A model generated the notes under the pieces. That model saw only the letters and a list, made by a program, of their open reading frames with translations. It was not told the DNA's origin and did not search any database. The position numbers and the translations under genes are program-made. 53,838 bases of DNA from a virus (Duplodnaviria > Caudoviricetes): positions 1-53,838 of IMG/VR virus record IMGVR_UViG_3300025425_000025. One strand, given 5' to 3'. Of the stretch, positions 36,735-46,162 are shown in pieces (the stretch's first letter is position 1; every line of letters begins with the position of its first letter).

Positions 36735-38375
36735 TTATCTTCGTCCTTTAACACTATATTCAAGTACAATACCATGAACTGTGTGAGGGGCTTCTGTTCC
36801 GTTTGTCGTATATGAAAGCTGTATAGAGAAGAAACTTCCTTCTAGGGCTTTAATAGCTATAGGGGTTACAGCACCACCATATAGAGTTGATAGGTCATTA
36901 TATAGTGATGTTGGATCATCGTATAGTGTAGTAACAAACTGTAGAACTAATGAGTACGGCGTAGGGATTGCTACATCAATAGAACCCCAATCATATCTTA
37001 CTCCTAGAATAAGGTCTACCGTTTCTTCACCATTCATAAATGTCGTTACTTTTTCAATTACCTTACGAGTCTCAGTATCACCTAAGTCTAGATAAGGAGT
37101 CATATAGATTGAAACAACATTACTACCATTGAAATCATTACCTGATTCCTGTCTATATACTACACCATCATAGTCGCCATGTAAAACTATTTCTGTTCCA
37201 TTGACATATTTAGACGCACAGCATGATGCTCTAATACCTAGTAGTTCTCCAAATTCCCAACCTTTTTGTTGATCAGAAGTTCTAAGAGACCCAATGATAC
37301 CTTTAGAGTCAGCAACATTAATAGAGCTACTACTAAAGAATACTCTAAATTGTGACTTACCTCTAATAGCAACAATATTCATATTGGCACCGGAATTACC
37401 TTCAACTCTATTTTTAACTAGGCTTTGAATAGCCTTGGATAAAGCTTCGATTTGAATATCGTTAATTCTGTCAGTACCGGCAATAGGTCTAAATCCATCA
37501 GGAGCTAAGAAGATTAATTGTCCACCTAACTCAACTACAGCATCAGAAGAAATTAAACCAATATCCTTAGTTACGTCTTCCACTAAGAAAGTAGTGTCTG
37601 ATATGACAATCTTCTTAATGATGTTAATTCCGAATATAAACAGATTGTCTCTGAAAGGTTTAATCTGTGTGACTTCAAGTCCCGGTATAATCTGTCCAGA
37701 ACCGTTAGCGGATATGAAGTCATAGAATACATTAGGAGCAGAATGGGCGACAACACCTTTATAGCTGTTCTTTGTGTCACTAGCTAAAAATAGATGCTTC
37801 TGGAAGAATGACACATATGTAGGCGCGTCTAATGCCATAGCTCCACCTGCATGGTCCATATCAGCACCAGTAGAACCACTATCAATGAATTCCCAATCTG
37901 TACCATCATATAGCACAGCGTTATTAACACCATCAACAATACATAGTACATTAGCAACACCATTGTTACCAACGTCATATCGTAACTTATCTACTGTTGA
38001 ACCCCCTGTTACAAAGTAATGAGTTAGTCCAGTTGAAATAGCAACCCAACCAGTAGCGAATTCGTACTTATACAAAGTATATTCATCTACTCCTAGGTCT
38101 TTTCTAGCAGCTATAATATCTGTAGCACCAGATACGCTATTTTCAAATAGGATAATACCTAGAATCTTACCTTCAGCAACGCCTACACCTACTTCAGCAT
38201 AGTTTGAATCATAAGGTTGAAACCCTTCAATACGCTTATATCCACCGTCAAGACCAACTTCATAATTAGTCAGTACTACACCAGCACCGGGCTTATTAGC
38301 AGATAGATTGATATGGTTATTAGAGGTGTCTAGTCCACCTTCACAAATAACTCTTGATGATGTTTTATAGTCCAT
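36735..38375 (-). CDS. tail tubular/nozzle protein (tube B-like)
   Basis: 546 aa beta-rich, follows adaptor gene. Confidence 0.7.
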   Translation of the reverse strand: MDYKTSSRVICEGGLDTSNNHINLSANKPGAGVVLTNYEVGLDGGYKRIEGFQPYDSNYAEVGVGVAEGKILGIILFENSVSGATDIIAARKDLGVDEYTLYKYEFATGWVAISTGLTHYFVTGGSTVDKLRYDVGNNGVANVLCIVDGVNNAVLYDGTDWEFIDSGSTGADMDHAGGAMALDAPTYVSFFQKHLFLASDTKNSYKGVVAHSAPNVFYDFISANGSGQIIPGLEVTQIKPFRDNLFIFGINIIKKIVISDTTFLVEDVTKDIGLISSDAVVELGGQLIFLAPDGFRPIAGTDRINDIQIEALSKAIQSLVKNRVEGNSGANMNIVAIRGKSQFRVFFSSSSINVADSKGIIGSLRTSDQQKGWEFGELLGIRASCCASKYVNGTEIVLHGDYDGVVYRQESGNDFNGSNVVSIYMTPYLDLGDTETRKVIEKVTTFMNGEETVDLILGVRYDWGSIDVAIPTPYSLVLQFVTTLYDDPTSLYNDLSTLYGGAVTPIAIKALEGSFFSIQLSYTTNGTEAPHTVHGIVLEYSVKGRR

Positions 38376-39109
38376 TATCTAAAATAGTCACTGCTAACTA
38401 TTCCTCCTGCGATACTAGGTCTATTTATAATAGTACCTTTCATAGTATCATAATTATTAATTAACATGCTTCTCATTCTGCCTAGCCAACCAGTGAAGTT
38501 ACGTTCAGCTTTATCCGCCTGTTCACTATTGTCTCTAAACATATAGAAATGGTATAGGGCTCCTTGAATAATAGCTTCATCAAACATTGGAGGGATAGTA
38601 GATTGATCATCATAGGCTACTAGTCTAACTGGGTATGTGAAGTATTCATATGTTACTTCATAAGCCTCATCAGGACTAGGACTTATACCAAAGCCTGCAC
38701 CATGTTTAGGATATACGTATAGAGGAACATTCAGTCCAGCAGCACCAGCATTATCATCATCATTCTTTAGATATCTATTTCGAACATCACGATCAATAAA
38801 CTGTAGTCTATGCCCATTTGTTCCTAGAGAAGCGTCTTTTACTAAATGAAAGGTATCCCATTTAACTGTCTTAACTGTTGCTCCAAAAGTGTATTCTTCT
38901 GTTCCTGCAACTAATGTTTCAGTAGCCATAGCAGAGTTAAACGGCCATTCAAACTCTTGTATATTAATAGCTTCAATTGAAGAGTTAATAACCGTCTTAG
39001 CCATAGCCTGTACGCCTCTAGTAGAAGCGAAATCTGACTGAGCAATAATAACTTCATTGAGTCTTTCAAGAAGTCTATTTGTCAGAGTCATATAAGTTGT
39101 TATTGCCAT
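38375..39109 (-). CDS. head-tail adaptor (tail tubular protein A-like)
   Basis: TYMTLTNRLL..LNEV...WPF...PSPD..Y. Confidence 0.72.
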   Translation of the reverse strand: MAITTYMTLTNRLLERLNEVIIAQSDFASTRGVQAMAKTVINSSIEAINIQEFEWPFNSAMATETLVAGTEEYTFGATVKTVKWDTFHLVKDASLGTNGHRLQFIDRDVRNRYLKNDDDNAGAAGLNVPLYVYPKHGAGFGISPSPDEAYEVTYEYFTYPVRLVAYDDQSTIPPMFDEAIIQGALYHFYMFRDNSEQADKAERNFTGWLGRMRSMLINNYDTMKGTIINRPSIAGGIVSSDYFR

Positions 39110-39125
39110 TTACTGTGATTTCCAT

Positions 39126-39165
39126 AAAAAAAGGGTTGAGGCATATTTTACACCCCAACCCTATT
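39126..39165 (-). terminator. intrinsic terminator after capsid operon
   Basis: AGGGTTG/CAACCCT stem followed by U-run on - strand. Confidence 0.75.
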
Positions 39166-39194
39166 AGGTAGTTAGTTTTTAGTTGTCATTTGGA

Positions 39195-39692
39195 TTAGCT
39201 CTTTAGAGCAACTAATCCGGGCTTACGTTGATCAGAAATATCACCATAAATTACCCAAACTCGTAGTTCACCGGCAGAGAGAGTTCCGCCAGAAAGTGTT
39301 TGCAGTTCTACATCTACTGTATCGCTAGCAGCGAATACAACAGGATAGAAAGCGGCAGGCTGTACGCCAAAGTCACCAACACCACCAGCAGCCCAATCAT
39401 ATCCATCAACGAATATGTCAACCGCTGTTCCAGTTACACCAAGGTCTACGGTTAAAGTAGTAGGTCCAACTGCGTCGGTAATAACTTCAAAACCAGCAGC
39501 CAGTACAATAGAGTTTGCAGGAAGTCTTACGGCTTCGATGATATCACCGGCAGCAAGTCCAGAACCCTTAGCTGTAGCAGCAGCCCCCATTTCGATGTTA
39601 TTTTCAACATAGTGAAGAGGAAAACGAGTTGCAGTAACAGATGGAGCTAAATCAGCGCCAATAACATTGTCAAGAGTTTCGACTGTAGACAT
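39195..39692 (-). CDS. minor capsid / decoration protein
   Basis: 165 aa beta-rich, immediately after major capsid and inside the same terminator unit. Confidence 0.6.
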   Translation of the reverse strand: MSTVETLDNVIGADLAPSVTATRFPLHYVENNIEMGAAATAKGSGLAAGDIIEAVRLPANSIVLAAGFEVITDAVGPTTLTVDLGVTGTAVDIFVDGYDWAAGGVGDFGVQPAAFYPVVFAASDTVDVELQTLSGGTLSAGELRVWVIYGDISDQRKPGLVALKS

Positions 39693-39705
39693 TATTTATC
39701 TCCTA

Positions 39706-40761
39706 TTACTTGCTTGCATTCCAGATAGAACGTACTAGAGCTTCTGAACGAAGAACCTTACGACCATATAGATGCATACCACGTACAACGTCACCGAACG
39801 TATCAGTAGCACGAAGTCTTTCTGTCTTAGTTAATTGTTGCGCCGTAGCAGTAGCGCCATGATGACCAGCAACCACAACACCGTAGTTAGTTGATGAACC
39901 AGCAGTACTTAGTACTGAAGGTCCACTACCAATTAGAGGAAGGTTGTTTGATTCATACATAGTAAATCCACGAATCTTACCGCGTAGGACTTGTCCGTTA
40001 CGTAGCTGTTCGTCTCCACGACTGTCATAGTCACGGTTTACCAGCTTAGAATCTTCATCATTTAGAAGTTCAATGAACACAGGATCAACTACGCACCAAC
40101 GATCTTCTTCAGGAACGTTCTGTTCGTCTAGTAGACGCTTAAAACGGTTCAGTAGACCAAGTGGCGTAATATCATAAGTTCCGCTTACTCCAACTGGAAT
40201 ACTGTTAGTGCCAGTACCAGAAGTAGAGAAAGCATTCTTAGTTAGCTTATGTGCAGAAAGTAGTTCATCCGCATCAGCAGACGCACGAGCTAGAGTACCT
40301 ACAGTTGTAGTACGAGCCGTCCATACAGCAGATTCAGGATTGGCTAGTTCGAAACCAGATAGATAACCTAGAATGTCGCGGTCAATAGCCTGTGCCATCT
40401 TATATGCAGCACGGTTAGACGCTAGAGATTCCCAATTCACATGAGACTGTGAAGTTTCGATATCATCCACACGAAAGGCAAAATAGTTTGCACGATCAAC
40501 CGTTAGGGTGAAGTCTGAATCCTCTAGGTCTTGTGGGGTAATCTTAGCACCACGCGAATAGGGAGTAACTGTGATTTCAGGTTCTACGATGATCTTAACA
40601 GAGTCACCAAAAGATGAGATTTCTCCAAAGTAATCATTATTCGTGATCGCTTCAGTTACCGAACTCTTGCGGTAAATCTTTTGAACCTTCTTAGAGTAAA
40701 TTGTTGGGCTAAACACACCATTAGGTAAGTTATTCCAGCCTGTTGCAGCTTGAAAAGCCAT
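39706..40761 (-). CDS. major capsid protein (HK97 fold, P22-coat-like family)
   Basis: NLPNGVFSPTIYSKK...TNNDYFGEI..FGDSVKI...F.VDDIE...FGDVVRG..LYGRKVLR; AGGAGG RBS. Confidence 0.92.
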   Translation of the reverse strand: MAFQAATGWNNLPNGVFSPTIYSKKVQKIYRKSSVTEAITNNDYFGEISSFGDSVKIIVEPEITVTPYSRGAKITPQDLEDSDFTLTVDRANYFAFRVDDIETSQSHVNWESLASNRAAYKMAQAIDRDILGYLSGFELANPESAVWTARTTTVGTLARASADADELLSAHKLTKNAFSTSGTGTNSIPVGVSGTYDITPLGLLNRFKRLLDEQNVPEEDRWCVVDPVFIELLNDEDSKLVNRDYDSRGDEQLRNGQVLRGKIRGFTMYESNNLPLIGSGPSVLSTAGSSTNYGVVVAGHHGATATAQQLTKTERLRATDTFGDVVRGMHLYGRKVLRSEALVRSIWNASK

Positions 40762-41040
40762 TGTCTAAAACCTCCTTATAGGTTTTGTTAAAAATTAATA
40801 ACTTATCTCATATACGGGATAGTTACTAAACTAGAACATTATCTATCTTAGAGGCTTGTTTTTTAGGGTGGCGCTAGCAAGGCGGGTCTATACTTACAAG
40901 GTAGTCTGAGTGATTATTTGTTCTTTAATGTATCGTTTTATTTTAATGTTACTTATATAGTAGCATTAATATTCGGTAGCCATTAAAGGGGCGAATGATA
41001 GGGTGGCATAACGGGAGCAGAGCATTACACCACCCTAAGT
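40762..41040 (-). promoter_or_regulatory. long structured 5' leader of capsid gene
   Basis: About 280 nt between promoter and ATG; several hairpins with a repeated internal-loop motif. Confidence 0.6.
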
Positions 41041-41044
41041 ATTA

Positions 41045-41073
41045 TTTATACGACATTTTGTGACTAATGTCAA
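41045..41073 (-). promoter_or_regulatory. sigma70-type promoter for capsid operon
   Basis: TTGACA (41073-41068), 17 nt, TATAAA (41050-41045). Confidence 0.7.
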
Positions 41074-41130
41074 CACCTTAATGTATAGTATCTAATACAT
41101 TAAGTTACCTAGTGTACAATTAACTGTACA

Positions 41131-41907
41131 TTATCTAGCTGCACCAGTCATGTCATATAGGATACGGCCATCACGTTGAGCTTTCTCAATTGCAGCTTCG
41201 TTATCGTCGTATTGCTTACCAGTCATAGCTTGAATCTGCGACTCTGTGAACTCGTAGTCAACGCTTCCATCATTAGGAGATACAGATGATCTACTAGGGA
41301 TATCATCAGCAGCATTGTTCTTTTGAGCAGACTTCTTAGTCCTAATTCCTTTTTCAGCCTTATATAGTGAAATTACTTCAGATGCAGCAATCGGATCATC
41401 ATCTTCATATAGGGCGTCTTGCATTCTCTTTGACTTACCATCTAGCCAATCCTTAAACTCCACACTAGGCATGATAGTGCTAAAGAAATCAGGGTGCAGC
41501 TTCTCTAGTTGCATTTCAGCCCGTTCTTTATGATTTGCAGCTTCTCTAGCTTGAAGTTCATCAAAGCGTGAGGACACATCTTCAGTAACAGAACCTAAGT
41601 CCATACCAATTATGCTCTTAACAAAAGCATAGGGCTCTGGATACTTCTTAGACCAATTCTCAACCTCTTCCTTAGTCTTAGGAAGATTAACTTGAGGCTG
41701 ATTGACTTGTTTAGTTAAGGCGTCAACCTTCTTTTCTAAAGTATTAATCTGTTTCTGAGAGTGACTTCGTAAATTACTATAGCGACTTTTCCAATTTAGA
41801 TTTTCATCTTCGTGAGCCTCTTGTCCCTTATTCTTTTCAGTAGGGGCATTAGGATCAACTACGATTTCATTATCTTCGTCTTCATAATCTCTTTTATATA
41901 TTGCCAT
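41131..41907 (-). CDS. capsid scaffolding protein
   Basis: WKSRYSNLR, coiled coil, LHPDF, F..W, C-terminal I..A..DGRI; upstream of MCP. Confidence 0.8.
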   Translation of the reverse strand: MAIYKRDYEDEDNEIVVDPNAPTEKNKGQEAHEDENLNWKSRYSNLRSHSQKQINTLEKKVDALTKQVNQPQVNLPKTKEEVENWSKKYPEPYAFVKSIIGMDLGSVTEDVSSRFDELQAREAANHKERAEMQLEKLHPDFFSTIMPSVEFKDWLDGKSKRMQDALYEDDDPIAASEVISLYKAEKGIRTKKSAQKNNAADDIPSRSSVSPNDGSVDYEFTESQIQAMTGKQYDDNEAAIEKAQRDGRILYDMTGAAR

Positions 41908-41918
41908 TCGTTTTTCTC

Positions 41919-42000
41919 CGTTGGGGCTATTAAGTAGCTCAAACTAATCAGTGTGACGTAATTGTCACAAAGTTGATCGAGGGTTAAAGGGTAGCCAACC
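41919..42000 (-). promoter_or_regulatory. structured 5' leader of scaffold gene
   Basis: Long hairpin with two GCUACY/RCCC internal loops ending at the GGAG RBS. Confidence 0.6.
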
Positions 42001-42060
42001 TTTATATTACTACATAAAACTATTCAATGTGCTATTCGATGGAGTAGACCTTGGAGAAGA

Positions 42061-42666
42061 TGACCCTGAACTTGTAGTAGTCGTTCCTGTTCCACTATTA
42101 GTTGTCTTAGTAGAGGTAGGACCATGACCCTGAACTTGTAATAGTCGTTCCTGTTCCACTATTAGTTGTCTTATCAGATGTACTCTTAGTAGTCGTTCCT
42201 GTTCCACTATTAGTTGTCTTAGTAGATGTAGGACCAGCCATAAAGCCACTTGATGACCCTGAACTTGTAGTAGTCGTTCCTGTTCCACTATTAGTTGTCT
42301 TAGTAGATGTAGGATCAGCCATAAAGCTACTTAGGCTCCCAAATGAAGGCATTGAACCTACAGGACTATAATTAGAACTACCACCTGAGCTGCTAGTACT
42401 ACTACTGTTACTAGATGAGCTACTATTTTTATCAGACGTAGGCGTAGCTGAGTTATCAATAGAAGTATTACTAGATACATTACTACCATCTGATGCTTTA
42501 CTCATTAATCCAGTAGTCTTTTGATCAGCATCAGAACTGAAGTTACTTAGACTCCCAAATGAAGGCATTGAACCTACAGGACTAGAATTAGAACTAGCAT
42601 CAGAACTGAAGTTACTTAGACTCCCAAATGAAGGCATTGAACCTACAGGACTAGAATTAGAACTAA
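42061..42666. repeat. coding tandem repeats in 3' end of 1024-aa gene
   Basis: About 4 copies of (PTSTK)TTNSGTGTT unit in 42061-42307; 69-nt (23-aa) tandem SSNSSPVGSMPSFGSLSNFSSDA x2 at 42527-42666 plus partial copy near 42327-42380. Confidence 0.9.
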
Positions 42667-45181
42667 CACTTAATGCTGGCATAATATCAATAGGAGTATT
42701 CTTATCAGGCTGTTTAGTCATGAATGCTTCTTTAGCTCCAAATGATGAAGCCGGAGTGAACACAGGGCTAGGTTCCTTCGTAGGATAGAAGGTATGATTA
42801 CCAATACTCATGGCACCTACACCCTCAGTTATAGCCTCATCAGCCCAATATGGAGTAATATTATTAGTATGAAATTGTAAGCTTCCATATGTATTATCAG
42901 GCATAGTATTATTAAATACGCTTTGTACGATCTTCAATGCTTCTTTATATTCAGGACTTCCTACAGGGAATGTAGCTGCCGGATTATTTCCACCTTCACT
43001 AACAGCATTCCATGCAGAGAATTGCTTCTTCTGAGTAGCTACATCTTTAGGATCAGGAGGGTATGCACCACTAAGGGCACGATTCTTAATGACATTAGCA
43101 ACAGCTAACATACCTTCAACACCCTCACCAGATGCTTCACCTAGAACTGTCTGTACAAGAATACGTTCTCTTTCCTTATCATTAAGAGAGTAAGGACCAG
43201 TCATATCCTTTGTACTTTCTTCAGTATTAGGAGCATATGCACTAGCCTGTGAAGATGTATTAGTACTACCACCAAAGGCGTCATCAATAGCCCCTACATC
43301 ATCCACTTTAGTAGTAGGTGCAGCGGCCATAAGGTCATCTTGCATATTGGTATTTGTGTTATTCACAAATGATGATGGATTAACAGCACTAGATGGTAGA
43401 CTAGTAGGAGTAGTATGCGTAGGTTCCCAAGGAATTACTAATCCATCAGCAGCGGTAAGAGGTGGCTTAGCTACAGGAGGTGTAGGTGTAGGGAAACCTT
43501 GATTAGAGTATGATTTATTTAGAGACTCTAATACAGAAGCAAGTCTAGGATTAACATAAGACACTTCTTCTTGTATAGAAGTTTGACCTTTAGCAATAGC
43601 TTGCATTACATTAGGATCATTAAGTTCTTGTTCTACAGCAGGTTTGGTTACTCGTCTAAACCCTACTACATTATTAGCTCCATAAGTTGAAATACTTACA
43701 GAATTATTTTGGTTTCCTCCTAGTACTTGATATGTTCCATCAGGATTAATACTAGAAACAATACCAACATGTCCATCCCAAGTAGCATTAGTTGCAGGTC
43801 TATCCAGTACTATAATGTCTCCAACCTGTACATCACCATTTCCTACAGATTCACCTACATCTAGGAAAGACTTAGCAACAGGGCTACCCGAACCTTCTAT
43901 ACCTGATTCAAATAGAACACCATTTAACCATGCCGCGCACCATGCAGTTTTGTTAGGGTCTAATGCTCCACCAGTAGAAGGATCAGAAATACCAGCTTTA
44001 GTAAAAAATGCACTTAATGCTTGGGCTTGTTCTGGATTAGCTTCATCATACCCTAACCATGCTTTAGCGACTTCAAGAGGATCATTAGTTTTCTTAGCCG
44101 CAGCTACAGCAGCTTGAACATTAGGAGCATTTTGTTGATCTATAATCCCCTGAGTTTTAGTTGCAGGAATAGGAGTTTGGCTATATGTGCTACCAGATGA
44201 TTGTGTAGAGCTAGGCGGCAGTAATCTACCAATAAAGTCTTCAACCTGTTGAATACTATTAACACTATTACCAAATGTTTCTGCTAGATTACCAATGTTA
44301 CCAAATATTTCTGCTAGATTAGAAGTAATTGAAACAGGAACACTATCCAGACTTTCTTTAAGCGGACCACGAGCAACACCTGGAGCTACAGCTAATGTAG
44401 CAGCTTCAAATATATTTAGTGGCTTTCCAGATGCCTCTCCCATAATTTTAGCAAAGTTACCAACTTCCTGATCACTCATGCCATCCACAATCTTTAACAT
44501 TGTTTCTTTTGGATTAACACTTGCTAAGGCTACGTCAATAGCTTCACCAATACTACGAATTCCGTCACTAACATTAGGAACACTAACACCATTAGATGTA
44601 TTACCTGTAGATACTAGTTGGCTACCTACAGTACTATCATAAGACTTACCTGTTGAAGTACCTTCTACTACATTAGGGCTTATAGACCCGTGAGTTGTGG
44701 GTATAGCTTCATCAGTAGCGCCAGTCTTGAATTCTTGAACTTTGTTATAATCCGACTTACTAAGAAATCCTACTGGATCAGCAGTAGTTAATCCTAGGGC
44801 TTCAGCAACAGTACCTTTAACATTTAATGGTATGTCTCTCTTTAGATCACTGGCAGTATGAAATGCAGCTTTAAGGTCTTCAATAATATTACCTGAACCC
44901 TTAGATACATTAGGATTTTCATACCATTCTTTCCAGTAGTTACTATTATCAGAAGATGAACCACCTCCACCACCAGAAGACGAATCAGAATCAGTATTTG
45001 TACTACCTTCAGATGGAGTATCAGCACCAACAGGAGGATTAACTCCTTGATCTATAACTGTATAGCCCTCTAAACTAGATAGCTCTGCTCCTGTTTCAGC
45101 ATCGAAGAATGCTACTCGTAACCCTATACCATTGGAATTACGTACTACTCTACGATATGCTTTTTTTAGTGCTTCTGGCAT
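42107..45181 (-). CDS. large virion-associated peptidoglycan hydrolase (NlpC/P60-TIGR02594-like + SleB-like domains, Ser/Thr-rich tail)
   Basis: AWCAAWLN...GDIIV...GHVGIV...LGGNQ; GEASGEGVEGMLAVANVIKNR...QFSAWN...IGNHTFY. Confidence 0.8.
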   Translation of the reverse strand: MPEALKKAYRRVVRNSNGIGLRVAFFDAETGAELSSLEGYTVIDQGVNPPVGADTPSEGSTNTDSDSSSGGGGGSSSDNSNYWKEWYENPNVSKGSGNIIEDLKAAFHTASDLKRDIPLNVKGTVAEALGLTTADPVGFLSKSDYNKVQEFKTGATDEAIPTTHGSISPNVVEGTSTGKSYDSTVGSQLVSTGNTSNGVSVPNVSDGIRSIGEAIDVALASVNPKETMLKIVDGMSDQEVGNFAKIMGEASGKPLNIFEAATLAVAPGVARGPLKESLDSVPVSITSNLAEIFGNIGNLAETFGNSVNSIQQVEDFIGRLLPPSSTQSSGSTYSQTPIPATKTQGIIDQQNAPNVQAAVAAAKKTNDPLEVAKAWLGYDEANPEQAQALSAFFTKAGISDPSTGGALDPNKTAWCAAWLNGVLFESGIEGSGSPVAKSFLDVGESVGNGDVQVGDIIVLDRPATNATWDGHVGIVSSINPDGTYQVLGGNQNNSVSISTYGANNVVGFRRVTKPAVEQELNDPNVMQAIAKGQTSIQEEVSYVNPRLASVLESLNKSYSNQGFPTPTPPVAKPPLTAADGLVIPWEPTHTTPTSLPSSAVNPSSFVNNTNTNMQDDLMAAAPTTKVDDVGAIDDAFGGSTNTSSQASAYAPNTEESTKDMTGPYSLNDKERERILVQTVLGEASGEGVEGMLAVANVIKNRALSGAYPPDPKDVATQKKQFSAWNAVSEGGNNPAATFPVGSPEYKEALKIVQSVFNNTMPDNTYGSLQFHTNNITPYWADEAITEGVGAMSIGNHTFYPTKEPSPVFTPASSFGAKEAFMTKQPDKNTPIDIMPALSVSSNSSPVGSMPSFGSLSNFSSDASSNSSPVGSMPSFGSLSNFSSDADQKTTGLMSKASDGSNVSSNTSIDNSATPTSDKNSSSSSNSSSTSSSGGSSNYSPVGSMPSFGSLSSFMADPTSTKTTNSGTGTTTTSSGSSSGFMAGPTSTKTTNSGTGTTTKSTSDKTTNSGTGTTITSSGSWSYLY

Positions 45182-45189
45182 TTATTATC

Positions 45190-45414
45190 CTATTTTTTAA
45201 CGCTATATTCAGACGCTAGTACTTCGTCTCTTAGAGACTTAAACCTTCTTAGTTCTCTTATCTGTCCCTGAATAATAGTTGCATCCCTTCCTTCTGATGT
45301 TTCTAGTATCTTATGAAGGGATGCAATTCTATAATCAACATACTCTAATACTATGTTAAAATAGTCTACATTATTAACTAATGGTAACAGCTTTTCACCG
45401 TCTTGTTTATTCAT
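45190..45414 (-). CDS. small conserved protein downstream of portal
   Basis: LLPLVN...L....IQG.I.ELRR...LRDEV. Confidence 0.65.
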   Translation of the reverse strand: MNKQDGEKLLPLVNNVDYFNIVLEYVDYRIASLHKILETSEGRDATIIQGQIRELRRFKSLRDEVLASEYSVKK

Positions 45415-45813
45415 TTATACTTTCTTTGCATACGCTGATAAAGAAGTAGTACCGGCACTTGATATAGCTGCTCTTACATAACCAGAAGGGAGAGCAAATG
45501 CTACTCCACCATCAGTAGTTAAAGCATATGTAGAACCAAAACCAATCCAAGTACTATTATCAGCAGACCATTCTAGTGCAGCCGTAGCACCATCCCATGT
45601 GCCATTTACGAAGAAGATACCATTACCTCCGGTCCAAGCTTTACCAGCACCCGTTGTGTCACCATCTTCTAGTAGCTCAATAGTAGCCTCATTTGATCCG
45701 CCAGACACGCTTGATACGATAAGTCTACCACTAGCATCAACTTGAAGGTCTGCCCATTGATCATTAGCTACAGTAGGTGGAGTTGTATTATGTTTTGCAC
45801 GAATATTAGCCAT
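45415..45813 (-). CDS. putative structural protein
   Basis: AAGGA RBS; beta-rich, G.W.GA...LEWS.D...W. Confidence 0.6.
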   Translation of the reverse strand: MANIRAKHNTTPPTVANDQWADLQVDASGRLIVSSVSGGSNEATIELLEDGDTTGAGKAWTGGNGIFFVNGTWDGATAALEWSADNSTWIGFGSTYALTTDGGVAFALPSGYVRAAISSAGTTSLSAYAKKV

Positions 45814-45867
45814 TTTATTTTCCTTTTTGCTATTCCGATTTATCCAACCGGAGAATTTATATTACTT

Positions 45868-46152
45868 TTATGAAACCTGTACAGCTAGAATCTTATAGTA
45901 TGTACCAGTTGAGTCTTTAATCATTAGTGTATGTGTTCCAGAAGCTTGAGCATCTTCTGCTGCTGCGTTGTCTAGAGTTAGATCACCAGTAAGTACTAGA
46001 TCATCTACTGATAAACTATCTAGGTCATCCTTATGGACAACGCTATCTAAAATATCTAAGATTAGTTGTGGCTTAACACCATCGACAGTAGACTTATTGC
46101 TATCTCCATAACGAAGTCTTGATTGTAGTTCAGTTAAAGTTCTTTCAGTCAT
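45868..46152 (-). CDS. hypothetical protein
   Basis: AAGGA RBS. Confidence 0.6.
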   Translation of the reverse strand: MTERTLTELQSRLRYGDSNKSTVDGVKPQLILDILDSVVHKDDLDSLSVDDLVLTGDLTLDNAAAEDAQASGTHTLMIKDSTGTYYKILAVQVS

Positions 46153-46162
46153 TTATTTTCCT

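Noticed and set aside
42061-42666. Direct repeats that could be a CRISPR array
   Set aside because: Units are tandem, mostly in frame, encode Ser/Thr-rich peptide and lack unique equal-length spacers; no cas operon (the Cas4-like gene is the usual phage exonuclease)
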